Assembly (NCBI GenBank): GCA_963844715.1
Contig: CAWJPJ010000007.1
Location: 416,001-480,000 of the forward strand
DNA from: an uncultured Phycisphaerales bacterium
GTDB lineage: Bacteria > Planctomycetota > Phycisphaerae > Tepidisphaerales > Tepidisphaeraceae
Length of the DNA stretch: 64,000 bases
Direction of reading: 5' to 3'
Shown in pieces: positions 21,665 to 34,393 of this stretch (the first letter of the stretch is position 1; each line of letters starts with the position of its first letter). The position numbers were made by a program, and so were the translations under genes. Below the pieces are notes generated by a model. That model ran no database searches and had not been told where the DNA came from. It was given only the letters and a program-made list of their open reading frames with translations.

Positions 21665-22345
21665 TTAGGCAATGAGCTTTTTGAGGCTCTTCGCCGAGGC
21701 GATCAGGCCGAGGCCCAGGAGGCCGGCCAATCCCTGCCAGGCAGCCGCGGGTAGGGGAACCAGCGGGCCGGTGATGGGGACTTCCTTGAAGGTAAAGGTG
21801 GTGCCAAGACCGAGGGGGTTGGCATCAATGATCAGGTCGCCATCCGGACCGATGCCCCACAGGGAGGTGGCAAAATTTGCCTGGCTGCCTGTGTAGACGA
21901 CGGCGGGATTGCCGTCAATCGTGGTCACGGTGACCGAGGTATAGCCGTCTGGCGGGGCGAACGGAGAACTGGCGCTGCTGACAAACGACGCATCGGCATT
22001 GCTGTTCAGCAGGACGAAATCGAACCCGCTCCAACTTGTGTTAGTCGCGTTGGTGATGGATTCGTTCGTGAAATCGATGAGCGACGTTGCGCTCGCCGAA
22101 GTCTGGGTGAACGTAATCAGAAGCCCTTCGCCGGCGTTAGACGGCATGAAAGTGGCTGCTTTTTCGACGTTCAATTGACCAGTGGGCTGAGACGGGTCGG
22201 CAGTCAGAGAGAGACCCGAGAAGGTCGCCGTCCAACCGCTGCCGCCGATATCGGAGACAACAGTCGCCGCCTTGGTGGCGCTCGACATCAAACCTAGTAC
22301 TGCGGAGAAGCCAGCCACGGTGGCGAGCTTAGTGATGCGCTTCAT
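21665..22345 (-). CDS. VPLPA-CTERM exosortase substrate protein 2 (paralog of protein 1)
   Basis: Start MKRITKL with AAGGAGGT RBS; signal peptide; tail VPLPAAAWQGLAGL + TM + KSLKK. Confidence 0.9.
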   Translation of the reverse strand: MKRITKLATVAGFSAVLGLMSSATKAATVVSDIGGSGWTATFSGLSLTADPSQPTGQLNVEKAATFMPSNAGEGLLITFTQTSASATSLIDFTNESITNATNTSWSGFDFVLLNSNADASFVSSASSPFAPPDGYTSVTVTTIDGNPAVVYTGSQANFATSLWGIGPDGDLIIDANPLGLGTTFTFKEVPITGPLVPLPAAAWQGLAGLLGLGLIASAKSLKKLIA

Positions 22346-22744
22346 CTGTTCTACCTCCTTAAGAAACCAAACCGCACAGAGCGCCAGACGGCCAGGTTTC
22401 GGACAACTTTTTTTGTTCCACAAAGTCTCGAGTCTCCCACGACCCAAAGACAATGAACACCCACGAACTGCCGTAACGGAACAGTTACGACGAGACTGAA
22501 TATACAACGATTCGTAGTATTAACAACAAGAAAAATACGCGATTCCCCGGGGAGATCATAAACAGCGCAAGATTTAGGGGTTGTATCGGACCTTAAAAGG
22601 GGCTCATTGGCCCCATTATTTTCGGCAGGAAATGCCCAGATTTGCAAATCGTTTTAAATGCACCAGTTATGCAGCGCAGAGCGCCAGGTCCGATAAACTG
22701 GGTAGTTTGATAGAAAGCGCGTATTATCGGTCCAAAATGAGCTT

Positions 22745-25700
22745 TTATTGGCTTGGGGAGGATGCGGCGGCTTTCTTGACCAGGTCTCGAGCCGAGTCCA
22801 GCTCGGCTTGCGAATCTGGAGAAAGCTGAGCGTTGGCGGGCAGAAGGGAATCGATTCGATTGAGATAGCGAGCGGCATCATCGAAGCGACTGGCATGCGC
22901 ATAGGTCGAGGCCAAGCCGATCAGCACGCTGAAGTTCTTCGGCTGCAATTGCTCACCCTGCTGAAAGGCGACGATGGCATCGTCGGTGCGGCCTTCCTTC
23001 AGGAGCGTGCGCCAGCGTGTCGTAGAAATTCGATGTATCGGGATTATTGGGCTGGGCGGCAATGGCGGTTCGGGCGAGAGTTTCAGCTTCGGCGAGCGCT
23101 TGGGGAGAATCCTGCTTACGCAGAAGATCGGCCAGATTATTTTCGGCGACGGGTTGCCTGGGATCGATTTTGAGAAGCTGGCGGTAGGCGTGTTCGGCGG
23201 TGGTGTCGTCGCCGATGGCGCTGCAGGAGAGAGCGTAGGTCATGAGTAGGGAGGGGGTGGCCTTGTCGGTATCGGCGAAGGGGGCCAACGTGTCGTGCGC
23301 CATTTGGAACGCCTTTGGGTAGCCGAGATGAATCGCAACGTCGAAATATGCGGTGGCGATTCTTTGCTGGTCTTCGACGGAGGTGGGATCGAATAGCGGG
23401 CGGATCTGATCGATCCAGGCGCAGGCGGCGGCGCCGTCGGTGTGCGCGATGGCGGCGATCTTCAGCCAGTCGTTGCGCCACTTGGCGGATTTTTCCGCCA
23501 GGGGATGAAGGAGCGCGGCTGCGTCGGGTTCGCTGCCGGAGCGAATGAGGGCCTCGGCGTAAGTCACCAGGACGTCTTCATACGCGTCGGGAGAATTTTT
23601 GGCGTCGGGGATGTAGGGGGCGAGGCGCTCGACGGCGTCCTGAGCCTGATCGGTGAAGAGATCGGCGATGGCGATCATGATGTCGACTTGCTGGGGCTGA
23701 TCGGCGCCGCGCTGGCGCCATTTGTTGGCGGCTACGATGCAGTCGCCCCAGCGGCCGACGGCGGCGTAGCTCTCGGCGCTTAGCGCGCGGCATCCGGGGA
23801 ATCGGGGAATTCGACCATGGCGCTGGCCGCCAGTTGCACCGCGTCGTCCATGCGCCGGTCGGTGAGCATCGCCTGGACAGCCAGTTCGTAAGCGGGGAAA
23901 AACCGCGGATATTTCTGCACGAGATCGGACATGGATTGAGCGATCTGATCCGGATTCTGATCGGAGGCGGCGTAAGCGGTGAGCGTATCCATGCCAGCGA
24001 CATTGGAGGGATCGCGCGTGATGGCGTCGATGAGATCGGGCGCCTGCTGGGCAATCTGCGGGGAGGCGGAAAGAATGTCGTTGATCTTTTTCAGGGCGGC
24101 CAGATCGTCGTTGTTTTGCCAATAGGAGGTGGAGATGTTGAGAGCGGTGGTGGCGGGGGCCCATTCGTGGCGGCGGATGAGGAAGCCGATGCGCGCGATG
24201 GCGGGATCGGAGTGATCGCCGGCGGTTTTGGAGGCGTCGGCGTAAAGAGTATCGGCGGCGGCGGGGTCTCCGAATCGCTCTTCAAAATCGGCGAGGATCA
24301 AGTCCTTTTGCCACGCGGGAAGATTCAATTCGTCGAGGCGGACCAGGAATTTTTTGGCGGCGGGGAGATCGTGCTGGGTGCCGAAGAATTCGGCGGCTTC
24401 GCGGATGGTCGCCGCATCCAGGGCGGGGGCGTTGTTCAACTTGAAATAGACGGAGGCGGCGTCGTTGATCTGGCCGAGAATGCGATCGACTTTGGCAAGC
24501 GTCGCGTCGTGAAGAACCTGATTGGAGCAGGTTGGATAGGCGACGAGGAGCCGCTGGGCGCGTTGCATGTCCCCTTCGCGGGCGATCAGCAGGGCGGCTT
24601 GAAGGGCCATGTCGGGGGAGAGATTGGGAACGTTGGCCAGGCGGTCGAAGGCAAGACGGGCGTCGTCGGGTTGGCCGTCGGCGTCGAGGCAACTGAGCAA
24701 TCCCCAGAGCACGCGGGCGTTACGAGGAGCGAGATCGGCAGCTTGGCGCCATTCGGCGATGGCGGCGCCGTAATTTTTCAGTTTTTCGTTGGCGACGGCC
24801 ATGAGGATGTGCGGGCCGACGTCGCCGGAGGAGATTTTGAGAACGTCGGTGAGCAGGACGATGGCGGCGTTGGCGTCGCGCTGGGTATCGTCGCCGTCGA
24901 TCAGCCAGCGGGCGCGGTAGATTTTCCAGCCGATGGCGTCGTCGCCGGTCATATTCTTGAGGCGGCTGATGGTGCGATCGATGAAGGGTCGAATCGACCA
25001 GGCGGAGTTTTCGTCGGCGAGAATTGTCGATTGCACGAGGAGATCGTTGGGATAGGCGTCGCCCAATGTGACCCAGGCGGCGGCGGCGGTCGGATCGCCG
25101 GAAAGTTCGCGGTACTGGCAGATTTCCAGATCCCATTGGACGGGGGTGCCGACGCCTTTATCTTTGTTGGATTCGAGGAGATTGATACCCTGGGCGGTTT
25201 GTCCGTTGTTAAAAAAATCGGTGGCTTGCGCGAGGGCGAGGCGCGGGGTGAGGCCGAATTGTTTTTCGATCGTGGCGTAGATCTCCGATTCCATTTTCAG
25301 GCCGTCCTGCTGGCTGATTTTGGCCAGACGAAGCAGGGTGTCTTCGTGGAGCTGGGCGGCCTGGGCTTCGGCGACACGGATGACGGCGATGGCTTTGTCC
25401 TGATCGCCGGTCTGGGCGAGTAGATCGACGTAGACGGGGAGAGTTTCGGGCTCGTTGGGATACTGCGACTGGAGGCTCTGGAGGGCGTTGATGAGTTTCT
25501 GAGCGGCATCGGAATCGTGGGTGTTTTTCCACTCGGAATAGCCGACGAGAATCTGAGCGGCGATGGCGCGGACGTCGTAGGCGCCGCCGCCTTTTGAGCC
25601 GGCCAAAGTCGCGCGCTGCACGGCGCTGAACGCGTCGTTATTGATATGTCCCTCGCTGGCGAGCATCTCGGCGATGCGGAGCTGCGGCTCGGCCCAGCTT

Positions 25701-27004
25701 GGGGCGCGAGCGGACGCGTTGTGCCATTGCTCCAGCGCCAGAGAGTTTTCGCCCATGCGGAGATAGGTTTCGCCGAGCAGATAGAGGATGACCGGATTGT
25801 TCGGTGCGTGCTGCAAGGCTTCCTGGAGCTTGTCGAGACGGTCCTTGGGCGAGGAGTTTGAATTGCCGTACTCGGTCTTGAGGACAATGGTCCACGCCGC
25901 GGCGGAGGGCTCGTTGTCGCGGGAGGCGAGGGCCGCGGCGAGCGCGTCGGCGTCGCCGGTCTTATTCAGGTTGTAAAGCGAAAGCGCCTTGAAGGCGACG
26001 AGATCGGCGTTGGTCTTGTCGGAGGCCGCGCTCGCGGGGGTAATGTCGGGGAGGATGGCGACGACCTGGTCAAACTCGTGGTTCTGCCAGAGGCGCTGCA
26101 CGAGTTGCGGCGTAAGGGAGGGATCCTTGAGCTTGGCTTGGGCGCGGGTGAGAAGATCGAGGGAGGCGGCGTACTGCCCGGTGTTGTCGAGCATGTGCGT
26201 GGTGATGGTGACGAATTGCGGATCAGGAGGTTCCTGCTGAGCCGCCTGGGCGAGAAGTTTGCTCGCCTGCTGCAATTCAGCGGTGCGCTCCTCGGTGGTG
26301 TCGGTGGAGCTTTGGGCATAGATATTCGCCATCGCCTGGACGAGTATGAACCTGGGATCGTTGGGATATTTCTTCTGCAGGTCGTCGGCACGGGCGTGAA
26401 TTTGCGAGGGCTCGTCGCCGACTTTCTGCATGAGGTAGAGGGCGCGCTGCTGCATTTCGACGTCGGTGGGATTGGCGTCGCAGTATTTTTCGGTGGCGTC
26501 GAGGGCTTCGTCGAATTTTCGCTCGCGGGTTTGAATCTGGGCGATGGCCTTGAGCGCGGTTAGATCGTTGGGGTTGGCCTGGAGAAGCTCATGAGCCTGG
26601 TCGAGGGCGGCGGCGGCGTAGAGAGTGAGCGGGGCTTCCAGCTCGAGAAGGAAATGCTGCGCTTCGACGTTGTCAGGTTGAAGATCGCAATATCGCCGGG
26701 CGATGGCGACGGCTTGGACGATGTATCCGCCGTCAAGAGTGGGGACTTTGCTGCGCGCGATGGCGAAGGCCATGAGGGCTTCGGTATCGCTTTTGCGCTT
26801 GGTGACGTAGACGCTGAGTTTCTCGATGGCGGTGGGATAATCGCCGGCGTTAAAGGCGGCCATGCCTTCGGATTTGATTTCGGCGATCTTCTGATCGGCC
26901 TGGTACATGCGGTAGCGATAGAGTCCCGCCCCGGCCACGACAAGAAGAAGGGCGATCAAAGCGAGAATGAAGACGCGTCGTTTGGTTTTTGGGCGGATGC
27001 TCAT
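22745..27004 (-). CDS. Large membrane-anchored TPR protein (PrsT-like position; indels at ~23790 and ~23000)
   Basis: N-terminal TM, long helical/TPR repeats, VAENNLA..DTLA C-terminal TPR; ATGA-coupled to the sugar transferase. Confidence 0.8.
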
Positions 27005-28479
27005 GCTCGGGTCACCTTGCGGAAGATGCGCACAATGGTCTTCCAGATGATCCAAACGTCAAGGGCGAGGGAACGCTTTTCAACGTATTCGATGTCGTAT
27101 TTGATCCATTCCTGGAAGTCGGTTCCGCTTTGGCGGGTGCGGTGAATTTGCCAGAGTCCGGTGATGCCGGGACGGACGCTGAGACGGGCCTCGCGCCAGG
27201 GCGGGCAGAATTGATTTTCGACGCGCGGGCTGGGGCGCGGGCCGACGACGGACATCTGGCCGAGGAGAACGTTGATGAACTGCGGAAGCTCGTCGAGATC
27301 ATATTTTCGCAAAACCGCACCGACGCGCGTGAGTCGCGGATCGGTGGGGATGTAAAACTGCGGGCCGTCGGCGAGATTCTGCCGGCGGAGGCGTTCTTTC
27401 ATTTGCTCGGCGTCCTTGCGCATGGAGCGGAATTTGATGCAGGGGAACTCGCCGCCGCCCATGGTTTCGCGGTGATGCGTGAAAAAGAAGGGGCGTCCAT
27501 CCTCGAACCAGATCGCCAGGATGATGAACGGATAGAGCGGAAGAGTCAGAAGCAGGGCGAATAAGCTGAAGACGATGTCGAAGGCTCGTTTGATGAAGCG
27601 AGCGAAGCGGGTTTCGTCCTTGATCGGAGGCGTTTGGGCGGGAATTTCGGAGCGCTCGATGGTGAGCCATTGGATGTCGCGAATCGGGGGGCGCGCCTTG
27701 GGATCGTCCCAGATAATGGCGGGACCGATGACGGTGGTTCCGGCGGGGACGTTGCGGCCGGCGCCGACCCAGACGGGGCCGATGAAACGCGCGTCGGGAT
27801 CGATGGTGCTGTGGGGATCGCGCCAAACCTCGGGCTCGACGAACAGGGCGCGGTCGATGGTGGAATTGGGCTGAGACCAGCGGCTGATGAGATGCCTCAG
27901 ATACGCGGCGATGTCCTGGTCGAGACTGCGATCGAACACGCGGCCGTCGACGGAAAGAGTCAGGCGCTCGTGCCTGGGCGTGTACCGGCGCAGGCGGCGC
28001 CAGCCGCTGAGCGGGTCCGGGGAGGCTTGCCAGAGGCGGGCGACTTCTCGGTCGGGGGTGAGGACGGCGCGGGCGAGGCGCATATCGTCGGCGGTGTCGT
28101 AAAGTCGCTGGAAGCGGACGAAGCGATTGGAGTCGTCGGTGATGACGCGCTCGCGATAGCCGCGTTCGCGGTCGTCGTGCAGTCGCAGGAAAAGAACGGT
28201 CGGCTTGATCCAGTTTAATTCCTCGATGACCTGGCTGACGCGAAAGATGGCGAGCGATCGGGGGTCGGTCAGAAGATACAGCTCGGCGTCGCGCACGATT
28301 TCCGAGGGCTCGCCCTGGCGAACGACCTGGATGCCCCGGGCGGCCCAATAGCGATGATGAAGAGCAAGGATATCCAGACCCCAGACGGTTTGGCTGGAGA
28401 TATGAATAGCCTCTTCGCCGGGGTCAGCGGCGTGGTCGGGCGGGGCGATCAAGGGCGAGGCAACCATGGGTCTGGGCAA
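27001..28479 (-). CDS. Priming phosphoglycosyl transferase (WcaJ/WbaP family) with unusual N-terminal domain
   Basis: [51 protein letters not shown]. Confidence 0.92.
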   Translation of the reverse strand: MPRPMVASPLIAPPDHAADPGEEAIHISSQTVWGLDILALHHRYWAARGIQVVRQGEPSEIVRDAELYLLTDPRSLAIFRVSQVIEELNWIKPTVLFLRLHDDRERGYRERVITDDSNRFVRFQRLYDTADDMRLARAVLTPDREVARLWQASPDPLSGWRRLRRYTPRHERLTLSVDGRVFDRSLDQDIAAYLRHLISRWSQPNSTIDRALFVEPEVWRDPHSTIDPDARFIGPVWVGAGRNVPAGTTVIGPAIIWDDPKARPPIRDIQWLTIERSEIPAQTPPIKDETRFARFIKRAFDIVFSLFALLLTLPLYPFIILAIWFEDGRPFFFTHHRETMGGGEFPCIKFRSMRKDAEQMKERLRRQNLADGPQFYIPTDPRLTRVGAVLRKYDLDELPQFINVLLGQMSVVGPRPSPRVENQFCPPWREARLSVRPGITGLWQIHRTRQSGTDFQEWIKYDIEYVEKRSLALDVWIIWKTIVRIFRKVTRA

Positions 28480-28503
28480 AATGCCGCTTCAAAGCACTGT
28501 AGA

Positions 28504-30801
28504 TCAGGAATGCTCGCCGTGCGAGCCGAGGCCCGACCGAACCGACGAGGCGACGGCGGTGACAACGGGTCCGATGCGGTCGCCGTTGCCGTTGGCGCCG
28601 GGGAGATCGTGCAGGCTCATGCGGCTGACGGAGCGATCGAAATCCTGAGCTTGTGCCCGGTTGAAGACTACGCCGGCGAGCGTGGCGCCGATGGCATGGA
28701 GATGGGCGATGGCGCGGTCAACCAGATGTTTCTGCTGGCCGCGGGAGACGCAAAGGATGACGCCGTCGGCGGCGACCGCCATGGGCGAGGCCTCGATGCT
28801 GCCGAGGATCGGACCGGTGTCGATGATGATGACGTCAAAATGGCCTCTGGCCGCAAGGATGAGTTTTCTGATGGAGGCGGGGGCAATGGAGCCGGTGTAT
28901 CCGCCCATGGCGCGACCGACGGGGAGGAGGAACAAATCGGCGACGTCGGTATTGTGGATGAGGGGGAGAACGTCGCCGGAGGCCATGGCTTCGAGGACGC
29001 CGTGATCGGCGGTGATGGCGAGGCGGCCGGTGAGTCCGCCGCCGACCAGATCGCCGTCGATCATGAGGGTGCGGGAACCGCTGGCTGCGAAGGAAAGGCC
29101 GAGGGCCAGGGTGAGGCTGGTCTTGCCGTCGCCGGATGAGCCGCTGGTGACGGTGAAGACGCGGCGGTCGAGGCTGTGCCCGGTGATCTGCAATATCGTT
29201 CTGATCTGATGGACGCAGTGAGCGGCGGTGGCGGCCTGATCGGGATCGGTTAGCAGATCGGGCAGGTTGGGCAGAATACCCAGGAGATGCGACTCCGCCG
29301 AGGTCGCTGTGGGTCTCGTCGCTGTAACGGAGGCGTCCATCGAGCAGGCCGATGAGAACAACGACCGCTGCCGGGAACATGCCGCCGCCGAAGAAGCCAA
29401 GGGCGGCGTATTGAAAGCGTTTATCGTGGGTGGGCTCGGCGGCGACGCTCGGCTCACTGATGATTTCCAGTTGGCCGGACATCAGCGACTTCTGAGAGTT
29501 CAGCGAATCGAAATCCTGGTCGATGGCGTCGAGATCGCGCTGTTTGGCGGCGATCTTGCCCTGGACCTCGCGGATCATTTCCATTTGCTGGCCGATCTCG
29601 TGGCAGAGGGTGTCCTGCCGATCGCGCTGATCCTTGAGAATGTTCATGCGGAGGCGCTTGGCTTCGAGATCGGCCTGGAGATTCACGACGACGGGGGTCA
29701 GCCCGTTGTAGGATCCGAGACGGTAGTTTTTGTTCCAGTTTTCGACGTATTCCTTGATCTCGGAATTGAGGATATCCAGATCGTTCTGCATGGACTGGAC
29801 GCGGGGATGGTTGTCGCCGTATCCGTCGGCCTTCATGCGGGCCAAATCCTCGATGAGTTGCATGCGTTCTCCGAGCAGGGAGCGCATTTGCTGATCGCCG
29901 AGATTGGCGATCTGGGTTTCGCTGAGGCGCCGGTGGAGTCGGGAGTGCGCGGAGAATTGGGGTCAGGAGGAAGAGACGAGCCGGCGGAGGTTCCGCTCTT
30001 GGAGGCGATGGCGACGGCGGCCTCGGCCTGCTTGTACTGCTGTTCGGCATCGCTCAATTCGGCGTCGAGATGGGCGAGCTGCTGCATTTGCGAACTGGAG
30101 AAATCGCCCAGATCGTCGGAGCCGTATTTCTTGGACAAATCGGAAAGCTGGGCGCGGAGAAGTTCCAGATCGTTTCCGATTCGGCTGCGGGTGGTGTCCA
30201 ACTGGTTGATCTTGTGAGTAAGAAGGAGCGGGTCCTCGGATTCGTAGAAGTCCTGATAGGCCTCGCCCATGACGTCGGCGCCGATTTTGGCGGTGACGGG
30301 ATCGGGATCGGAGTAGGAGATCTGAAGGATCGAGGTATTGGGGATCTCTTCGACGTCGAGATTTGAATAGAAGGCGTCGACCGAGGCGTCATCCTTCCCG
30401 CCGCCCTGGGCGAGCCATTTGGGATTCTTGAGGGCGAGTTCGACCATGTCACGGCTTTCGATCACCGCGGCCTGCGATTGCAGGAAGGTATTGAATCCGG
30501 GGACCGGGGTGTCGCTGATCGCGTGAGCGGAGGGGATTGTGGGGCTGACGTAGATTCGGCAATGGCTTTCGTACATGGGCCTCTTGGAGAAGAAGCCGAT
30601 GAGGCCGAGGGTAATTCCGAGGGCGAGTCCGAGTCCGATAACCAGGGGATAACGTCCGCGCAGGAGGCGGTGGATTTTCTTGAAGCCTGTCGCCGGCGGC
30701 ACGTGGGGCGGGGGAGCGATTCCCGCGGCCAATTGATGAGAACCGTCATGTCCGACGACGGGAAGCCCCGCTGCTTGCGCTAGACGCGTATCGCTGGTCA
30801 T
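28504..30801 (-). CDS. Wzc-like polysaccharide co-polymerase / BY-kinase (indels at ~29900 and ~29290)
   Basis: Two TMs around a coiled-coil; Walker A SSGDGKTS, LMIDGD, IIIDTGP, GVVFN. Confidence 0.87.
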
Positions 30802-31541
30802 AGTGATTTCCCTCCGGTATCGCGATTCATGAGCGTCCGGATTACGCCTTGGATCGGGGTGATGAGATCGACGAACGCCGCGTCCCGTTCCTCGGCGCTC
30901 ATCGTGCCCGACATCACCAGTTGAAATTCGGCCGCGCCGAAATATCGGCGCTGGTAGTCCTCGCCGGAGATATATACATCGTCCATATCGCGGCAGATGG
31001 CACCATTAAGTTCCTTATGGCTGACGGCGACGCCGGGGACGCAAGGGGTGATAAAAAAGTTATAGACCACCTGCCGGTCGCCGAGTTCGTCCTTGGAGAA
31101 TTCGTATACCATTCCATTGATATCCAGATTGTTGAGATGCCAGGTTCGGGGACTCGAGGCGAGGAGCTGCTGGCCCTGGGCCGGATAACAACGCGGGGGG
31201 TAGTGCCCCTGAAGGTCGCGGGCGTCGCTGCAATCGACGATGAGGAGCGTGGCGGTGAACCCGCTGCCTTGCTTGACGTAATCGCGGCTGAGAATGGTGT
31301 TGGGGCGAAGCAGTTCGGTGGCGGCGGTGGCGACGGGGACATCCGCGCCGGTCCAGAGATTGCCGGTGGGCCCGACGAGCGTCAGGGGGATGCCGTCGAT
31401 GACCTTGCGGGAGGCTTCGAGATATTTGGCGGCGTCGGCAGGATGGACGTGGGTGCCCGCCTCGGCCACGATGCCACCCAGCATCAGGACCGAAATCAGC
31501 GGCCAGAGCCAAACGCCTTTGCTTTCCTTTCGATACGCCAT
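30798..31541 (-). CDS. Exosortase-associated EpsI-family protein
   Basis: N-terminal TM, LSRDY, GHYPPRCYPAQG motif; directly downstream of the exosortase. Confidence 0.8.
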   Translation of the reverse strand: MAYRKESKGVWLWPLISVLMLGGIVAEAGTHVHPADAAKYLEASRKVIDGIPLTLVGPTGNLWTGADVPVATAATELLRPNTILSRDYVKQGSGFTATLLIVDCSDARDLQGHYPPRCYPAQGQQLLASSPRTWHLNNLDINGMVYEFSKDELGDRQVVYNFFITPCVPGVAVSHKELNGAICRDMDDVYISGEDYQRRYFGAAEFQLVMSGTMSAEERDAAFVDLITPIQGVIRTLMNRDTGGKSL

Positions 31542-31555
31542 AAATCAAAACCTTT

Positions 31556-32494
31556 TCACTGCGAAGCCAACGTATATTGCGTCACGGGAATTAATGCCCA
31601 CTGGAGCATCTTGATGATTCCATACAGGATAAGGAACGCCAGGGGGAGCATGGCCCAACCGGCGTAATTGTGGAACGGCTGGAAATATTTAGGCTCGTAG
31701 CCGTAGACCCAGACCGTCGCGGGCACGCGGATGACGTTGCACAAAATCGCCGCCAGGGGGCTGGCGACCAGAATGAGGATGCGCACGAAGTTGCGAAGCG
31801 GCAGGGCAAAACCGAAGGCAAAACAGACGAGGATCAGGGCGAAGACCATTCGCATGCCGTTGCAGGCCTCGGCGACGAAGAGGGGCTGGCCATTGATAGT
31901 GAGGAGATTTCCGGTGACTTCGGTGTTCACTTCGCCGCAGAGTTCGAGGACTTTTTCAGAGATGGCGGCGGTCCAGTTTTGCAGAGGCGAGGCGATCGCC
32001 AGGCGAAGTCGCGCAGGAGCGGGGACCAGGAAGATGAGAACCACCATTGCGGGGAAGAAGCGGAAGACGACGTTTCTACCGAGGACCGAGAGGATGCAGC
32101 CGAGTACGACGAGCACGGCCCCCCCGTGCCAGAAGCTTTGGATGCCGCGGTAGAAGCCGAAGGATCCGAGGGCCCAGCCGATGGCAATGACGATCGGCCC
32201 GATATATCGGCCGGCGGGGCGGCAATGGCGCAAGCGCAGTGCGGCGCACCCAGATCAAATACAAAGCGATGATCGGGACCAGGAAGATGTGGCTGTTTTC
32301 CTCGTCTTTGCTGGCGATTTCGTAGATGTCCTGCCAGGCGGGAAGGGTGGCCAGGACGCCGAGCGTCGCCATCCCGGCGGCGAGAAGGAGATGGGCCAGC
32401 GTCAGGCGATCTTCCTTCAGCAGCTTCTTGCGCGGATGCCCAGAGGCGCTGGGCGCTGCGTGAAGCGATCTTCCTGGAGGGTCGGCGTCGTCAT
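31556..32494 (-). CDS. Exosortase/archaeosortase-family transpeptidase (indels at ~32240 and ~32400)
   Basis: Catalytic motifs VAEACNGMR (Cys), CNVIR (Arg), FHNYAG (His); ENSHIFLVP; multiple TMs. Confidence 0.92.
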
Positions 32495-32515
32495 AACACG
32501 TCTCAACAAGAACAA

Positions 32516-34393
32516 TTAAGCGGCGTCATCCGGCGTGACGCATTGATCCACGGTTTTTCGATCTTTTCTGACGGTCGCGTTGGGCGCCACGAGCGATCGG
32601 ACCAGCACGGCGCCGGCTTCGACGGTTGCGCCGGCGAGCACTACTGAATCGTGCACTCGCGCCGTGGCGGCGACGGTTGCGCCCGGTTCGACGATCGCGA
32701 AAGTCGATCTCCAATCCTCGGCCAGGCCTTCAAAGCCGGCGGTTCGCATCTGTCCGTCGGTGCGATGCAGGTCGCGCAAGGCGGCGACATAGTCCGATAA
32801 AGTGCGGATTGGCGCGTCCGGTGCGCTGCCTTCGCTGCAAAACGCGCACGTCGTATTGCGCGGCAATTGCAGGCAGAGCCTGCTCTTTCATATCGACGAA
32901 CCCGACATTGGGGATAAGCCGCAACGTCCTACAAGTCAGGAGCATGATGCCGGTGGGGGTGCCATCGCGGTGGGCGACAATTCCCACGTCGCCGCCGGCG
33001 CCGTGCAGTTCAACGAGCAGGTCGGTGAGGGGTTCCAGCAATATTTGAGCGGCGTTGGCGACGAGGATGAGGTCGTCATCGGCGTATTCCCTGGCGAGCG
33101 CGGCCAGGAGGCCGCCGGTGCCGCGATATTCGGACGTGTCGCGCTCGATGCGGAAATGTGCGGATGCGGGCGGTGCGCTTTGGGGTTCGACGGCGTGCGG
33201 ATCGACGAGCAATCGCACGGGCAAGTTTTCGATGCCGACGAGCTTTGCGACGGTGGCCGCATGATCCATCCAGCGGGTGATAACCGTCGCGGAATTTCCG
33301 GTGGGGAGATCCATAAGGCTGCGATGGATTGCGGACGCCAGCGGGCCGGGCGCACCGAGCCGCCGAGCAGGACCAAGCCGCGCAGGCGGGCGAGGGATCG
33401 GGGCGCGGCGGATTGGGCAGTGGAGCGCGCGGCGACGGGGACCGATGGAATCTCAGTCCGCGGGACCGAAGCGGGCGCGGGACGCGGAACGGCGGGAAGG
33501 GGCTCCGGGGGCGCTTCGGCGTCCATGACGGGCTTTTTCCCGGTGAGGCGATTGGGGATTCCGGTGGCAGCGGCGCCGACGAGCATGGCGGCGGCGAAAG
33601 GCATGCCGACCATGACATAGCGTTTGAAGAGGCGTTTGGGCTCCTGGGCCAGGCGATGAATCCATTCCAGACCGTATTTTCGCATCCAGAGCGGGGCGCG
33701 GCGGACGTCGCCGCAGAGAAAGCTGAAGCTGACGCCGACGCCGAGCCACCAGGCGCGGGGCATGGTGTGGCGGATGCGATCGATGATCTGCTCCTGCTTG
33801 GGAGAGCCGAGGCCGACGTAGACGATGTCGGGAGCGGCCTCGCGCAGAACGGTGATGACGTGCTGGAGCTGGCCGGGGTCTTTCTCGAAGCCGCGTTCGG
33901 GGCAGAAACTTCCGGCGATTTTTAACTGCGGGTACCGGTCGTGAAGGATATCGGCGGCGGCTTTGGCGGTGCCGGGATCGCCGCCGAGGAGGAAGATCGA
34001 TCGGCCCTGTTGAGCGGCGGCGGCGCTGAGGCTGGAGATGAGATCGGAGCCGGCGACGCGCTGCGGGAGCGGCGTTCCCTGCAATTTGCTGGCCCAGACC
34101 AGGGGCATTCCGTCGGCGACGACGAGATCGGCCTCGGCGAGGACGGCGGCGAAATGTAGATCGCGGCGCGCGCGGCGGAGGTGATCGACGTTGGGCGTCA
34201 CGACGACGCCGCCGCGGCCGGCGCTGAGACGATTGAGAAGATAGTCGATGCAGCGTTGTTCGGTGATGGCGTGGATGGTTACGCCGTGCAGGACGATGCG
34301 CGGGAGGGCCGGCGCGGGAGTTGGAGAGGCGGGGATGGATTCGGGCGCGGCGGCAGCGCGGAGGGGGCGGAGGGCACGGGGCCAGACTGCCAC
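32516..34393 (-). CDS. WecB/TagA/CpsF (GT26) glycosyltransferase fused to a nucleotidyltransferase-like + LbH module (indels at ~33340 and ~32840)
   Basis: VTPNVDH, VADGMP, RVAGSDL, GLGSPKQE, RAPLWM..GLEW..RL; in-frame Pro-rich linker to GLVLLGGSVRP; later EYRGTGG, VDMKEQ and hexapeptide repeats. Start uncertain. Confidence 0.82.

Noticed and set aside
22346..22744. Riboswitch, tRNA or ncRNA in long intergenic regions (also 1560-1909, 7967-8358, 34394-34743)
   Set aside because: No tRNA, rRNA or riboswitch consensus recognisable by eye; an Rfam scan would be needed.
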